From: Escherichia coli | GTDB taxonomy: Bacteria > Pseudomonadota > Gammaproteobacteria > Enterobacterales > Enterobacteriaceae | Direction: 5' to 3' (one strand) | Length of the DNA: 64,000 nucleotides | Assembly: GCF_048403405.1 (NCBI RefSeq) | Contig: NZ_CP183131.1 | Part shown: positions 54,455 to 64,000 of the stretch, in pieces | How the letters are laid out: every line of letters begins with the position of its first letter | Position numbering within the stretch: position 1 is the first letter of the stretch | Translations under genes and position numbers: made by a program | Notes under the pieces: generated by a model | The model's input: only the letters and a program-made list of their open reading frames with translations | What the model was told of the DNA's origin: nothing | Database searches by the model: none

Positions 54455-55716
54455 TCACCGCCCTCCTCAGCAAGTTCGCGGACAACAAACTTCTTGCCTC
54501 TGGCAGTAATGACGCTCGGTGTGTGCTCCAGCTCGAACCGGGTAATCAGATCTGGCGTCAGCAGATATACCGGCGCGTCAAAGTTGTCGGTGACACTCTT
54601 GTAGGAATCCCAGCCTTTGTCTTTGTCGAACTCTGTGGCGATATAGGTAATCCGTTGTACGCCAGGTTCCTGCTTAATTTCAGGCAGCTTCTTGGCGAGC
54701 AGCTCCATTTGCTTTTTGTCCAGCGGGTCGAAAACTACGACCGCTTGGGTAAATGGCCGCGTTCCAGGCTTGCAAACTTCCTTCGGATCGCACAATGGGT
54801 TGATCACGTCACCCGCGTGAGCGAACACAGTGCCATCCGGAGTGCTGATGTCACTGGTGATCATGACGCTAGGGTCAATTTCTCGTGTTCGAGATTTTGG
54901 CGCTCTGGGCAGCTCATTGAAATTCTGCTTGGTCCAGAAGCGCTCTATAGCCTGTTTCTTCTTCTCTTCCCAGTCGATATTGGCAAGGCGTTTCTTGGCA
55001 ACATCAATAAGGTCTGGCTCACTGATTTTCTCCACCGGCCCCTTAACGCCGAGATCGCCTTTTTCTCCGTTATCCACTTCCCGAGCCAACCATACCGGGT
55101 CGGACAACCCGGAGACCTGGGCGACGACGTTTGGTTGTTCGCCAGGCAGCGGCTCATCCTCCAGCATCACAATCGTGGGAACGGCTGTGATGTTGTACGT
55201 TTTGAACAACGTAGGGTTGATGATGATGTTCGGCACTGGGTCTTTTTTGGCCGCGAGCGCCTGAATAGCTTTAACTCCCTGCCCCAAGTTCATTCCTTCC
55301 GGGATGCCACGGAACACAATTACAGAATCAGGCTGGCCTGACACCGCCGTTAGGACGTCATCTAACCCCTGTTCGCCAAGAGACAACGAGGCGAAAACCA
55401 GTATCCGATGGTCAGAGTAGATACCCTTTTCAGCCTGTTTCCGGTGCATCTCCTTGAGCGTTGGGTTAGTAGTTTGGAGCTGCTTGAAAAATGCCTTGGC
55501 TTCGGCCTGAGCCTCGTCCATGTGTTGGTTTTGCAACAGAGATGGCATTTCCATCTTCTGGGCCTTTTGGGCAATTTGCTTTCCTTTCTCAATAAGCGCC
55601 TTATCCTGCTCTGTGAGCGGAGACTCTTGAGCGTATGCCCCGCCAGCCACAGAGAATATCAACGCCACCAGAACGCTCTTAGAACAGGGGATATGCGCGG
55701 CCAATGATCTGATCAT
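54451..55716 (-). CDS. traW: TraW-like F-type conjugative transfer protein (long form)
   Basis: Signal peptide. Position between trhF and traU. Size and composition resemble the SXT/IncA/C TraW as remembered. Confidence 0.75.
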   Translation of the reverse strand: MIRSLAAHIPCSKSVLVALIFSVAGGAYAQESPLTEQDKALIEKGKQIAQKAQKMEMPSLLQNQHMDEAQAEAKAFFKQLQTTNPTLKEMHRKQAEKGIYSDHRILVFASLSLGEQGLDDVLTAVSGQPDSVIVFRGIPEGMNLGQGVKAIQALAAKKDPVPNIIINPTLFKTYNITAVPTIVMLEDEPLPGEQPNVVAQVSGLSDPVWLAREVDNGEKGDLGVKGPVEKISEPDLIDVAKKRLANIDWEEKKKQAIERFWTKQNFNELPRAPKSRTREIDPSVMITSDISTPDGTVFAHAGDVINPLCDPKEVCKPGTRPFTQAVVVFDPLDKKQMELLAKKLPEIKQEPGVQRITYIATEFDKDKGWDSYKSVTDNFDAPVYLLTPDLITRFELEHTPSVITARGKKFVVRELAEEGGE

Positions 55717-56209
55717 TTTTCACAGTCCCCCAGTAACGTGAGTCGAAGCTGAATGGGCTTTTGCCCATAAACCAGTAGTTATTCTCTTTCAGCGTGGTCT
55801 TGCCGTAAAAGTGGCTCTCTGGCAGATGTAGTTTCCCTGCGAGCTGGAGCCCCTCTCCGACGACATCACCATTGACGGTGATCTTCCACTTATCGTTGAT
55901 CTCGACTTTATCCCCCGGCATACCGGTGAGGATTTTGACCATGCGAGTCCCGTCCTTGTAGAAAGGCTGCATGTTCTTGGCTTGGAAGGCGTAAACAGCT
56001 CCCCTCTCCAGAGTTTGGTCGTTCAGATCAATGAGGAAGAAGGTGTAACCCGGCAGGCACTTCTCCTGTTGTGGATCAATGCCAATACGGTAGCGGCTGG
56101 CAAAGGCCGCACCAGCAGCCCAAAGAACCAGTAGTGTCACACCGGCCTTAACCCCGAAGCGCTTCCAGGATTCCTTTTTGACGAAATACTTCTTGAGTGG
56201 AAAATTCAT
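55679..56209 (-). CDS. trhF: conjugative S26-family signal peptidase TraF/TrhF
   Basis: N-terminal TM. GKSPFSFDSRYWG and ..MPGDKV.. peptidase S26 motifs. Confidence 0.85.
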   Translation of the reverse strand: MNFPLKKYFVKKESWKRFGVKAGVTLLVLWAAGAAFASRYRIGIDPQQEKCLPGYTFFLIDLNDQTLERGAVYAFQAKNMQPFYKDGTRMVKILTGMPGDKVEINDKWKITVNGDVVGEGLQLAGKLHLPESHFYGKTTLKENNYWFMGKSPFSFDSRYWGTVKNDQIIGRAYPLF

Positions 56210-56523
56210 TTCAGCACCTCATCAGGGAGGTACACGTCACTTGGAGCACCGACGACAGCACTTGCGTCAAGGACCAAATAACCTGCGTCTTTCAACTTCA
56301 AAATTGCGTCATTGGTCTTGACCATCAGTCTTTCAACTTCCTCCTGAGAGGCACCAGCGGGATACGCCGACGCCACTTTAGCGAAGTCAACCACGACCAC
56401 TGGCGGGGTTTGATTCAAACGCTGATGGATGCTTGCCGTTTGTTCGCTCATCACGTAGTAGCTACCGCCGAAGCCACCAGCGGCACCGAGAATGGCGGCG
56501 ATTGCGATTGATTTAATGTCCAT
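56206..56523 (-). CDS. small T4SS-associated membrane protein (105 aa)
   Basis: N-terminal TM IAIAAILGAAGGFGGSYYV. Translationally coupled to trhF. Confidence 0.65.
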   Translation of the reverse strand: MDIKSIAIAAILGAAGGFGGSYYVMSEQTASIHQRLNQTPPVVVVDFAKVASAYPAGASQEEVERLMVKTNDAILKLKDAGYLVLDASAVVGAPSDVYLPDEVLK

Positions 56524-56537
56524 TACTGTCTCCCTGG

Positions 56538-58985
56538 TTATGCAGCCTGCTGACGGCTTCGCATCACGGCCTTGATTGCCTCAGGAATGCTCATGCCTTG
56601 TTTCACAAACTGGTCGATGGCGTTAACGTCCACCGGATCGGTCGAATAAAGCAGCTTCTGGAAGTCGCCCACTATCAAGCGTCCGACGCCCATGCCGCTC
56701 TTCGATTTGATAAAGATTTCTGAGTACACGCCCTGGATGGTGTGTACCGTCTTGAGGGTGTGGAACCCGCCCTCTGAAAGGGTCAGACGACCGCTACGTT
56801 TAACAGATTCCACGGTTTCTTCGGTTTGGCCGAGCAAGTACATGCTGGCCGAGTTCTCCGCGATGGCGCGGCCCACTGCGTTCTCATAGAGGTCGTTGAT
56901 GGACTGCGTTGCAATGACAACGGAGCCACCGTACTTACGGAATTTGCGGTAGGCATGTTCCATGAAGACCGAGACCTCGCCCTCTTTGAGCAGGTCCCAG
57001 GCCTCATCCACGATGACGACTTTCTTGCGGTTACGTTCACCCAGGAATACTTCTTGCTGGATCTGGTAAATAAGCTGGAGCAGTACAACCTGACGCAAGT
57101 GCTTACGCCCTTGCAGTTCATCGAGCTCCAGTACAGTGAACTGGTTCTGGAAGCTGACGTTGTTCTTGCGAGAGAAGTATTTCCCGTAGCTACCTTTCGA
57201 CGTAAAGGCGTAGAGCTGCTGACCAATATCCTTGAGGCGCTGGTCGTTTTCTTCTTCCAGACAGCGCTCAGCGATGTCGTCAACCTTCATCTCTTTACCT
57301 TTCTCTTCCCACAGGCGAGAAAGGACCTGTTTCAGCGCAGAGATTTGCCATTCATCCAGCAAGCCTTTGGCCGACGCCATTGCACAAACGAGGCTGACAA
57401 TCGCGTCTTCTTCGTCCTCGTAGTTCTGTATGAGCTCGAACGGGTTGAGGCAGACGTGCGTTCCTTCTTCAAAGTGAACGAAGTCGCCATTGAGCATTTC
57501 CGACAGCTTCTGGTAGGACTTACCGGCATCAATAACCCAGACCTGAGCACCCTCGGACAAGTAGGAAAAAATCAGTTCGTTGGTAAGGAACGATTTACCC
57601 GAGCCGGATTCGGCTGCGATCACCAGGTTTTTGTTGGTATTACTGTCGTGAAGAGACAGACTCATGAGCTGGCCGTTGCGGGAAATCAGCGCTGCATGAT
57701 AGGTCCCGGTCCCCTTCCATTCCCCAAACACCGGCAGGACCACAGCCGCCTGCTCGGTTGTCATGGTCTTGTAGCGGAATAGGTCTCGCACTGCATCCCG
57801 GTCTGTACAGAATGGCAGGCAGTTGAGGAACATCGGCAGAGCAACGAACTTATCCTCCATCAGCTCGAACCGAGATTCACGCCAGATGTTTCGTGCGGCC
57901 ATCGCCGCCGCTTCAACACGTTCTTTGGTTGGAGCAAATAAAACCACCGAGTAGGTGATCTTGACTGGCTTAGCCCCCTCTTTCATGGACTCATAGAGAG
58001 TGTCGAAGCTCTCCTTTTTGTCCGCCAGCACCGGCACGAATTTGAGCATCGGCCCGTAGGCTTGGTTTACAGTGAACTGGCGTTTGCGCTCCAGAGTGTT
58101 TTTCGTGCTTTCTGCCTCAGGGAAAAACACATTGGTCACAACCATGTAGTTTTCTTTGATGCTGGAGTTGCCGCCGCTGAGATCCCCGGCATAGGTCAAC
58201 GCATCACCAAAGTAGAAAACGTCAGGCAGCTTTTTCGCTGACATGACTTTCGCGTGGTAGTCCCCCAGCCTGATGCCGTTCTTGCTGACTTCCACATCAG
58301 TGCCGTAATCGAAGATTTGCTCGCAGATGGGCTTATCCATCTCCCAATCCACAGAGTCATGTCGCCATGAAGCATCCGGCCCCCAATTCAGGATGGTGCT
58401 CATGATCCGGATGTAGTTCACCGCCGTCATTGTGCGGGGACGCAGACCAACGGTTTGAAGCGATGATTCGACCTTCGTGCGAAGCTGTGCGAGCTGCTGG
58501 AGTTCGCTTTCAGTCGGGTTATTGTTCTTGATGGGGACTTTGCACGTAACGAACAGCTTGAGGTCTTGGATCAAGCCATTGTCGTAGATACCTTTGTTGG
58601 TCTTGGCAAATATGCGTTCTGTCGTGTGGTGCTGGAGGAAGTTAATCCGTTCCTTGATGACAGATGTCAGCAGCTCGTGACGGAAGCCATCACGCAACCC
58701 CATCATCCGGTACATCTCCTGATTGATGTCCGGGGAGCGGAACAGAACAAACTGGAGCGTAGTCTTCGACGGGAACTCCTGATTCAGGAAACCGTTCATT
58801 CGCTCCTGAACTTTTTCATCGGCACCACACAGGGGCTCACACATGAAACCAAAGCCTGCACTGTGGTCATCCATAAGGAAGACATGATCGTCTTCGTCAT
58901 AGGCCAGGACAGGAATAATCCCGGCAGCTCGCAAGTGCTCCGGGATCAACGTTTCTTCGAGTTTCTTTTTGATGGTTACGATCAT
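56538..58985 (-). CDS. traC: TraC, F-type T4SS VirB4-family ATPase
   Basis: 815 aa. Walker A AAESGSGKSF and Walker B VVIVDEAWD. Confidence 0.93.
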   Translation of the reverse strand: MIVTIKKKLEETLIPEHLRAAGIIPVLAYDEDDHVFLMDDHSAGFGFMCEPLCGADEKVQERMNGFLNQEFPSKTTLQFVLFRSPDINQEMYRMMGLRDGFRHELLTSVIKERINFLQHHTTERIFAKTNKGIYDNGLIQDLKLFVTCKVPIKNNNPTESELQQLAQLRTKVESSLQTVGLRPRTMTAVNYIRIMSTILNWGPDASWRHDSVDWEMDKPICEQIFDYGTDVEVSKNGIRLGDYHAKVMSAKKLPDVFYFGDALTYAGDLSGGNSSIKENYMVVTNVFFPEAESTKNTLERKRQFTVNQAYGPMLKFVPVLADKKESFDTLYESMKEGAKPVKITYSVVLFAPTKERVEAAAMAARNIWRESRFELMEDKFVALPMFLNCLPFCTDRDAVRDLFRYKTMTTEQAAVVLPVFGEWKGTGTYHAALISRNGQLMSLSLHDSNTNKNLVIAAESGSGKSFLTNELIFSYLSEGAQVWVIDAGKSYQKLSEMLNGDFVHFEEGTHVCLNPFELIQNYEDEEDAIVSLVCAMASAKGLLDEWQISALKQVLSRLWEEKGKEMKVDDIAERCLEEENDQRLKDIGQQLYAFTSKGSYGKYFSRKNNVSFQNQFTVLELDELQGRKHLRQVVLLQLIYQIQQEVFLGERNRKKVVIVDEAWDLLKEGEVSVFMEHAYRKFRKYGGSVVIATQSINDLYENAVGRAIAENSASMYLLGQTEETVESVKRSGRLTLSEGGFHTLKTVHTIQGVYSEIFIKSKSGMGVGRLIVGDFQKLLYSTDPVDVNAIDQFVKQGMSIPEAIKAVMRSRQQAA

Positions 58986-59689
58986 TCAACACTCTCCAAC
59001 CATGATTTCAGGTTCTTCGGACGTCCTTTGCTGACACGACCATCCGGAGCAACCACGAACGGAACGCCCTCAATCCCAATGAAATGAGCTGTCAGCAGCG
59101 TTTGATCGTATTGGCCGGGGTCGCAGGTTTCTTTTGAAGGAAGGGAACCCAAGGTGTTGTTCATCAGCGCATCGAGCGCGTGGGTTTTGTCTTTCGCGCA
59201 GTACAAGTTCTTTGCCAAGCGGTTGGACTCAGCACCCAGAGCAGGAATCACGATAAATTTAAAGGTGTAATCATCCACCAGCGATTTGGCATCACCCATG
59301 AGCTGATGGCAAACCGCGCATCTAGGATCGACAAAGACCACCACCTCTTTGTCACCACGCCCCATCGAAACGGTGTTCAGCGTGTCCACATCCATGCCCA
59401 TGCTCTTGAAGTGGATACGCTCCGCTACATCCCTCATTTGGGACATCGTGTTGAGGGGCTTCTTGCTCCACAGGTCGTAGATTTGTCCTGAAATAACAAA
59501 TCGCCCGTTTTCAGAGAGGAACATGATCTGCCCATCACTTTGGACGGCTCGAACCCCTTTGATGGGTAGCTCTACGATGTCCTCTATCTTCGCCGCTCTG
59601 GGATCGGTGATTTCCAATTTCGATGACGCATGAGCCGTGCCGGTAATAATCCCGAACACCATCAGCGCCCCGAGTAATTTTGTCCGCAT
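58982..59689 (-). CDS. dsbC: DsbC-like thiol:disulfide interchange protein
   Basis: Signal peptide. CAVC active site in a thioredoxin fold. Coupled to traC. Confidence 0.85.
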   Translation of the reverse strand: MRTKLLGALMVFGIITGTAHASSKLEITDPRAAKIEDIVELPIKGVRAVQSDGQIMFLSENGRFVISGQIYDLWSKKPLNTMSQMRDVAERIHFKSMGMDVDTLNTVSMGRGDKEVVVFVDPRCAVCHQLMGDAKSLVDDYTFKFIVIPALGAESNRLAKNLYCAKDKTHALDALMNNTLGSLPSKETCDPGQYDQTLLTAHFIGIEGVPFVVAPDGRVSKGRPKNLKSWLESVE

Positions 59690-59755
59690 GTCTATCCCCT
59701 AAGATTGGATTACTGGATGCTGGGCAGTGTATCCGGGGGAGGGAAATAGACTCGC

Positions 59756-59780
59756 CTCTGTAATAGCCCAATTTGGACAA
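59756..59780 (-). promoter_or_regulatory. AcaCD/SetCD-type activator box candidate (dsbC-traC operon promoter)
   Basis: Sense TTGTCCAAATTGGGCTATTACAGAG. The -10-like TACACT lies about 33 nt downstream. Confidence 0.45.
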
Positions 59781-59794
59781 TTCCAGCGCGATAC

Positions 59795-59823
59795 AAAAAA
59801 AAGCCCGGTCTGAACCGGGCTTT
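59795..59823 (-). terminator. rho-independent terminator after the giant ORF
   Basis: Sense AAAGCCCGGT-TCAG-ACCGGGCTTTTTTTT. Confidence 0.85.
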
Positions 59824-59837
59824 GAGAGGAATGAACC

Positions 59838-62800
59838 TTAGTTCATGGTAACAGCTTCGGATTTGCCACCAGAGTCATCGACCCCAACCAGAGAGATGGT
59901 CGGCATCGTTTCATAGGTGCCCTTGCTGATAGTCACTCGATCAGAGCTGATGCTCTGCAACTCACCGGCAATGGTCCATTCGTAGGACTTCATGCGGCCA
60001 TCGGTATCTTCGCAGTTCGCATAAACGATCCACGACCCAACGGTCTCTCGTGAGCTCAGGCTACATGCAGGCAACTTGTTCTCTGCCACATTGATGTTCA
60101 CCTCGCCCTCAGCTTCATGCCCCATTTCTGAGGTTATTTTCAGCTTGATGCTGTGCTCACCAGCGCCCAGAGTTGCTCTGCCGTAGTAACCGCTGCTTTC
60201 CAACGGCGTACCATCTACCGAGTAGACGCGAGTCGAAATACGGTCGCGTGGGTGGCCGCCAGAAATGTACGGTCGCAACAGCACATCCAGAGGCTCACGC
60301 TCGTATTTGTTCGAGCCAGAGTATTGCAGGTCGATAGCATAGGGCTCTGCCTGGCCGATCTTGAGCGGTTGCTCGATCACGGTTTCATGGCCGCGAGCAT
60401 CACGGACAGTCACCTTGATGTTGTAATCGCCCGGCTCATTGATCACAAAGGACCGGACAATATCCTGCCGCTGATCCTGAATCACTGCGTCTTCCGGCAA
60501 CTCCCACTCGTAGGTCGGTTCTTCCAGCTTGCCGTTGAAGGCAATTGGCCGCACTGACGCGGTGATCGTCGCAGGAGCCACGTCAGCGTTCTTCCTGACC
60601 TGCATTCCGAAGCTCGGCCATACATACTGCCACACGCGGGAGCGTAGGCTATGCGAGGCTTCTGCACCCTGATCTCGGTATCCTTCGATCCAGGTGGTGT
60701 ACTTCGTTTCTACAGTAGCCTGGTTGAGGTCAGTGTCCGAAGGCACGTACTCAGCAGTATCACCCTGCACAATTGAGCCATCAGGCAGCGTGAAGAACCC
60801 GTTCAGCTTCACGTCCATCCCACGGTAAGGCAGGCTGGTTTCGGCTTTGAACACATACTTCTTACCGGTCTCAATGACTCGCGGCCCTGTCACGTAAGGA
60901 CGGGGGGCCTTCACTGCTCGGAAGTCAACTGCCGTTTTCGCAACTTCATAGGCATAGCCGTCATCAGCCGGTGCAGTGGCAGAGCGCACACGAGCCCACA
61001 GGCGGTATCGGGTTTCTTCATCGCTCGAAAGCGTGATGCTATCCCCTGTCTGCGCGTAGGTTTTGCCACCGTCAGTAGACCACTCAACAATGGCATTGCC
61101 ACCGGAGATTGGCTCATCGTTCAACGTCAGGTTCGCTGTGTACTTGCCTTCACTTCCGACAAACAACGTGGTCGGGCCGATAACAGCAATATCAGGTTTG
61201 TCGTAAGCGACAACACTGACCGCTTCGGTGTACTTTTCCGCACCTGAGTTGACGTTCACCACCTTGGCCCGAACCTGGTACTCCCCCTTGTCGAAGGTCT
61301 TCACAAGCTGATACTTGTATCGATCTTCTGGGATGAACTGCTCCCAGGTTTTACCGTCGTCCTTACTGGTTTCCCACACAACCTGGCCGGTAGCCCGGAG
61401 ATCCTGACGGTCGTCCAAAGATAGCTTGAACACAGCAGTGAACGGAGCTTCACCAGACAACTTGCGAGCCTCCACGCCAGCACCGATGGCACCACCACGA
61501 AGCACTGTCAAGAAGGCAGGTCTGATAGACAACTCTGTGCGGTTGTAACCCTCAACAGGGCTTTCCAGAACAGCCTCAGCAGCGATACGGACGGAGGAAG
61601 TATCCACACCAGACAGGTCTACTGAGAACTGAGCTTCACCGTTCGATGCTTCCGCATAATCAGTGAGCGCAACCGTCTCGTTGTAGGCCTTTTGCTGGAT
61701 CAGGCGTACTTTCCACACCCCCATCGTGTTAGCGTCATAGTCACCATCAGGTTTGTACTGATCACGGATGAGAACCCTAACCGGCAATGCCTGGGTGTCA
61801 ATCGCGGTATCACCTTTAACTTCAACGATAGGACGGATACTGTCAGAAGGTGCAGAGATAGCCCGGTAGACAACCTCAGTCTTCACATCAGGCACCTTGT
61901 TGTAGGCCGCGTTCACCTTGTAGGTGGTCTCCTCCCACAACGCTCGCTCATCGGTATTGATGCGGCGATACACCTTATTGGTGGCACCCCATCCCGGAGT
62001 GAAGGTCTCAGACTCAAGAACATCAGAGTTGCGCGATATGGCAATATCCAGATCAGCTCGTTCAGAGTTGATAATGGCATCACCCAGGTAGTTACCTGTC
62101 ATCGGCACCAAGTAGATGTTGTCTTTGAAGTTGTAGTCGGAGGCTAGTTCAACGGTCGGAGCTGGTGGGTCAACCGCTTCGACATTGAAAGTCTCGTCGT
62201 TCAACGTCACCCGAGTGCCGTTACGGGTGAAAATACTTACCCGCCACCCCAGAGGGTGATCACCGTTCTCGGCCAGGGAACCTGACAACGAAGGAGATTC
62301 CGATAACGGGTCTTGGACCAGTCCATCGGGGATCTGCTGCCACTCGAACAGACAGGTGCGGCTTGCACTGCCAACAGCTTTGTTCGCGGCCTCGTTTTTC
62401 GCACGGTCAGCACTGAGAGTGATTGAACAATCAGGACCTTTGCTCTGCTTGAAGTTCACATCAAAGTCTTCAATGACGCGATTCACCTGAGCAATGTCAT
62501 CAATCGGGGTGTAACCAACAGAGCCATAGGCAGTAGTTACCGTCAGGTTCTGAGAGCCAGACCCAACTTTTACCTTGGAACCGTCACCACTGAACAGGTA
62601 CAGGCTGTATTCGACAGGTTGTTCACCAATGCTCACAGCCTGCCCCACCAGCCCGGCAACTTTCATCCCGTTGTTGTCCTGCGTAGTTTGTTCAGCCTCA
62701 TCCGGAGTTCTGTCCCATTGGAGCAAACACACCGGGTCACGAATTGGGTCTGCGGCCATAGCCACATCCTCTTTCGTGGTGAACCGGCAAGGCACACCCG

Positions 62801-64000
62801 ACTCTGGCAGGGCATAGATTTTCACCGGGTCAATAACCTGGCGAATTGTCCATGATTCAGCCGAGAGCTTGGCCGTCCCTTTCCAGGTATTGATGTCCAC
62901 AACCAAGATGGGTGAGTTCGGCGCGGAGGTCATGACAAGAAGACTGGAAGAGCCGACCACATCAGGAACAGCCGGTTTAACCGGAATGCTCAAACGACCA
63001 CCTGACGCACCGAAATCATGTTGGCTCATGATCCCCATTGTCTGGCCCGGCTCGATACGCACCCCATTCACCACCAGCGGCACTTTCGCATCAGAACGGA
63101 GGGTCGCAAACACGTCGTATGAACCTGTCACGACAGCACCATCACTGAGCGTCAGCGGCTTGGTCTCGATGATCCGCTTGCCATCTGCATGAACAAATTC
63201 ATGAGTGACAGCGGGGACCATAACCTTGCCATCCATCCCATCCGCCAGCATCACCTGACGCGGTTTGTACTCGAAGCCAACCGCCTTTTGAACCGCGTTG
63301 CCTTGTGCGTCCTCACCGGAAACAGTCAGCGTGTAAGATTCCCCTTCCTTCAAAGACGGGAACATTACCGGGTACTCAAGGCGGAATCGACCTTTCGACT
63401 CCTCACGCCAAGACAACTGCACCTTGTCATCGGCTGGGCCTCCGACGAGGGCAATAGAGGTCAGCTTAGGACTCGGGTCGGCAGTATCAGTCAAGGTGAT
63501 TACAACATCATCCAAAGACTGGATTGGTGCTCCATCACTGATCGATACGGTTAGTGTCGGCGCTGAATTATCTATGCTCATAGCATATTGGGAGCCAGTG
63601 AATACCTGCTTAACCTCATTACCGAAAGCATCTTTAGCTACGAGAGATATGCCGGTATATGTGCCCTCTGACAGATTCTCAGCAGAAAATGTGAAAAACC
63701 AATCATTTGTGCTACTACGAAGAACTTCAGTACGAGACAACGGACGTTCTTCGCCAGTCGAGGTTATCGCAGACGCACTTGAGTTGTTAGAAATAACCCA
63801 CTGGTTAACACCCCAACCGTCAAATGAATCAGGCTCACGGAAATGAGCTTTAAAAATCCGCCCATTTCGTTCTAACCCAGCAATTTCAGGAGGGTTAAGG
63901 TCATAGCAGAACGTTGCCCCAATCCGATCAGACGGAAGTTCAGGCTTCCCTTCCGGTCGAGACCAATATCCAGGCCATGAACATGAGCGCCCACTGAACG
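59838..64000 (-). CDS. giant Ig/PKD-like repeat protein, 3' 1387 codons (N-terminus beyond window)
   Basis: The frame stays open from 63741 to 64000, so the TTG at 63740 is not the start. Beta-rich repeats such as YNIKVTVRDARGHETV are PKD-like. Confidence 0.8.
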   Translation of the reverse strand, partial: FSGRSCSWPGYWSRPEGKPELPSDRIGATFCYDLNPPEIAGLERNGRIFKAHFREPDSFDGWGVNQWVISNNSSASAITSTGEERPLSRTEVLRSSTNDWFFTFSAENLSEGTYTGISLVAKDAFGNEVKQVFTGSQYAMSIDNSAPTLTVSISDGAPIQSLDDVVITLTDTADPSPKLTSIALVGGPADDKVQLSWREESKGRFRLEYPVMFPSLKEGESYTLTVSGEDAQGNAVQKAVGFEYKPRQVMLADGMDGKVMVPAVTHEFVHADGKRIIETKPLTLSDGAVVTGSYDVFATLRSDAKVPLVVNGVRIEPGQTMGIMSQHDFGASGGRLSIPVKPAVPDVVGSSSLLVMTSAPNSPILVVDINTWKGTAKLSAESWTIRQVIDPVKIYALPESGVPCRFTTKEDVAMAADPIRDPVCLLQWDRTPDEAEQTTQDNNGMKVAGLVGQAVSIGEQPVEYSLYLFSGDGSKVKVGSGSQNLTVTTAYGSVGYTPIDDIAQVNRVIEDFDVNFKQSKGPDCSITLSADRAKNEAANKAVGSASRTCLFEWQQIPDGLVQDPLSESPSLSGSLAENGDHPLGWRVSIFTRNGTRVTLNDETFNVEAVDPPAPTVELASDYNFKDNIYLVPMTGNYLGDAIINSERADLDIAISRNSDVLESETFTPGWGATNKVYRRINTDERALWEETTYKVNAAYNKVPDVKTEVVYRAISAPSDSIRPIVEVKGDTAIDTQALPVRVLIRDQYKPDGDYDANTMGVWKVRLIQQKAYNETVALTDYAEASNGEAQFSVDLSGVDTSSVRIAAEAVLESPVEGYNRTELSIRPAFLTVLRGGAIGAGVEARKLSGEAPFTAVFKLSLDDRQDLRATGQVVWETSKDDGKTWEQFIPEDRYKYQLVKTFDKGEYQVRAKVVNVNSGAEKYTEAVSVVAYDKPDIAVIGPTTLFVGSEGKYTANLTLNDEPISGGNAIVEWSTDGGKTYAQTGDSITLSSDEETRYRLWARVRSATAPADDGYAYEVAKTAVDFRAVKAPRPYVTGPRVIETGKKYVFKAETSLPYRGMDVKLNGFFTLPDGSIVQGDTAEYVPSDTDLNQATVETKYTTWIEGYRDQGAEASHSLRSRVWQYVWPSFGMQVRKNADVAPATITASVRPIAFNGKLEEPTYEWELPEDAVIQDQRQDIVRSFVINEPGDYNIKVTVRDARGHETVIEQPLKIGQAEPYAIDLQYSGSNKYEREPLDVLLRPYISGGHPRDRISTRVYSVDGTPLESSGYYGRATLGAGEHSIKLKITSEMGHEAEGEVNINVAENKLPACSLSSRETVGSWIVYANCEDTDGRMKSYEWTIAGELQSISSDRVTISKGTYETMPTISLVGVDDSGGKSEAVTMN

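Noticed and set aside
54427-55341. 304-aa plus-strand ORF
   Set aside because: It is a shadow ORF opposite traW and the EAL gene.
56826-57782. 318-aa plus-strand ORF
   Set aside because: It lies entirely inside traC on the opposite strand, and traC identity is unambiguous from its Walker motifs.

Overview
This window is a backbone segment of an IncA/C (IncC)-type conjugative plasmid. That assignment rests on gene content and order recalled from memory, not on a database search. Almost all genes lie on the minus strand.

From right to left the window contains:
- An F-type mating-pair-formation block. It holds a giant Ig/PKD-like ORF (truncated by the window edge), dsbC, traC, trhF, traW, an embedded EAL gene, traU and traN.
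- About 28 kb of maintenance and early-function genes arranged in eight modular transcription units. These include a CobS-like AAA+ ATPase, ssb, lambda-type bet/exo, a VWA/HExxH protein, two orphan DNA methyltransferases, a ferredoxin, a PAPS-reductase-like 817-aa protein, an HD nucleotidase and a primase.
- rhs with its immunity gene.
- A low-GC accessory patch.
- A tyrosine recombinase, an exonuclease and a Tus-like gene.
- An Aer-like chemoreceptor gene.

Four IS events can be delimited to the base:
- An ISEcp1 transposition unit at 807-4072 with TSD TGTTA, inserted in the chemoreceptor gene and carrying no bla gene.
- An IS903-like copy at 1972-3028 with no TSD, which truncates ISEcp1.
- An IS5 at 12034-13228 with TSD CTAA, inserted in a small membrane-protein gene next to the rhs immunity gene.
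- A 1229-bp IS3-family element at 28412-29640 with TSD GAA.

I saw no rRNA, tRNA or CRISPR array.

The most interesting signals are non-coding or motif-level:
1. About 28 intercistronic RNA structures have a stop-codon-adjacent CCC trigger, an SD-mimic arm and an anti-SD arm. I predict they act as a translational-coupling relay.
2. Eight copies of a covarying two-hairpin leader element carry an invariant loop that resembles the RfaH ops/JUMPStart sequence.
3. A small membrane protein ends in a near-perfect mimic of the FtsZ C-terminal peptide.
4. Five proteins around ssb share acidic di-aromatic C-termini, while the SSB tip itself is internal.

Start codons were adjusted from the ORF track where a Shine-Dalgarno sequence supports a different start.
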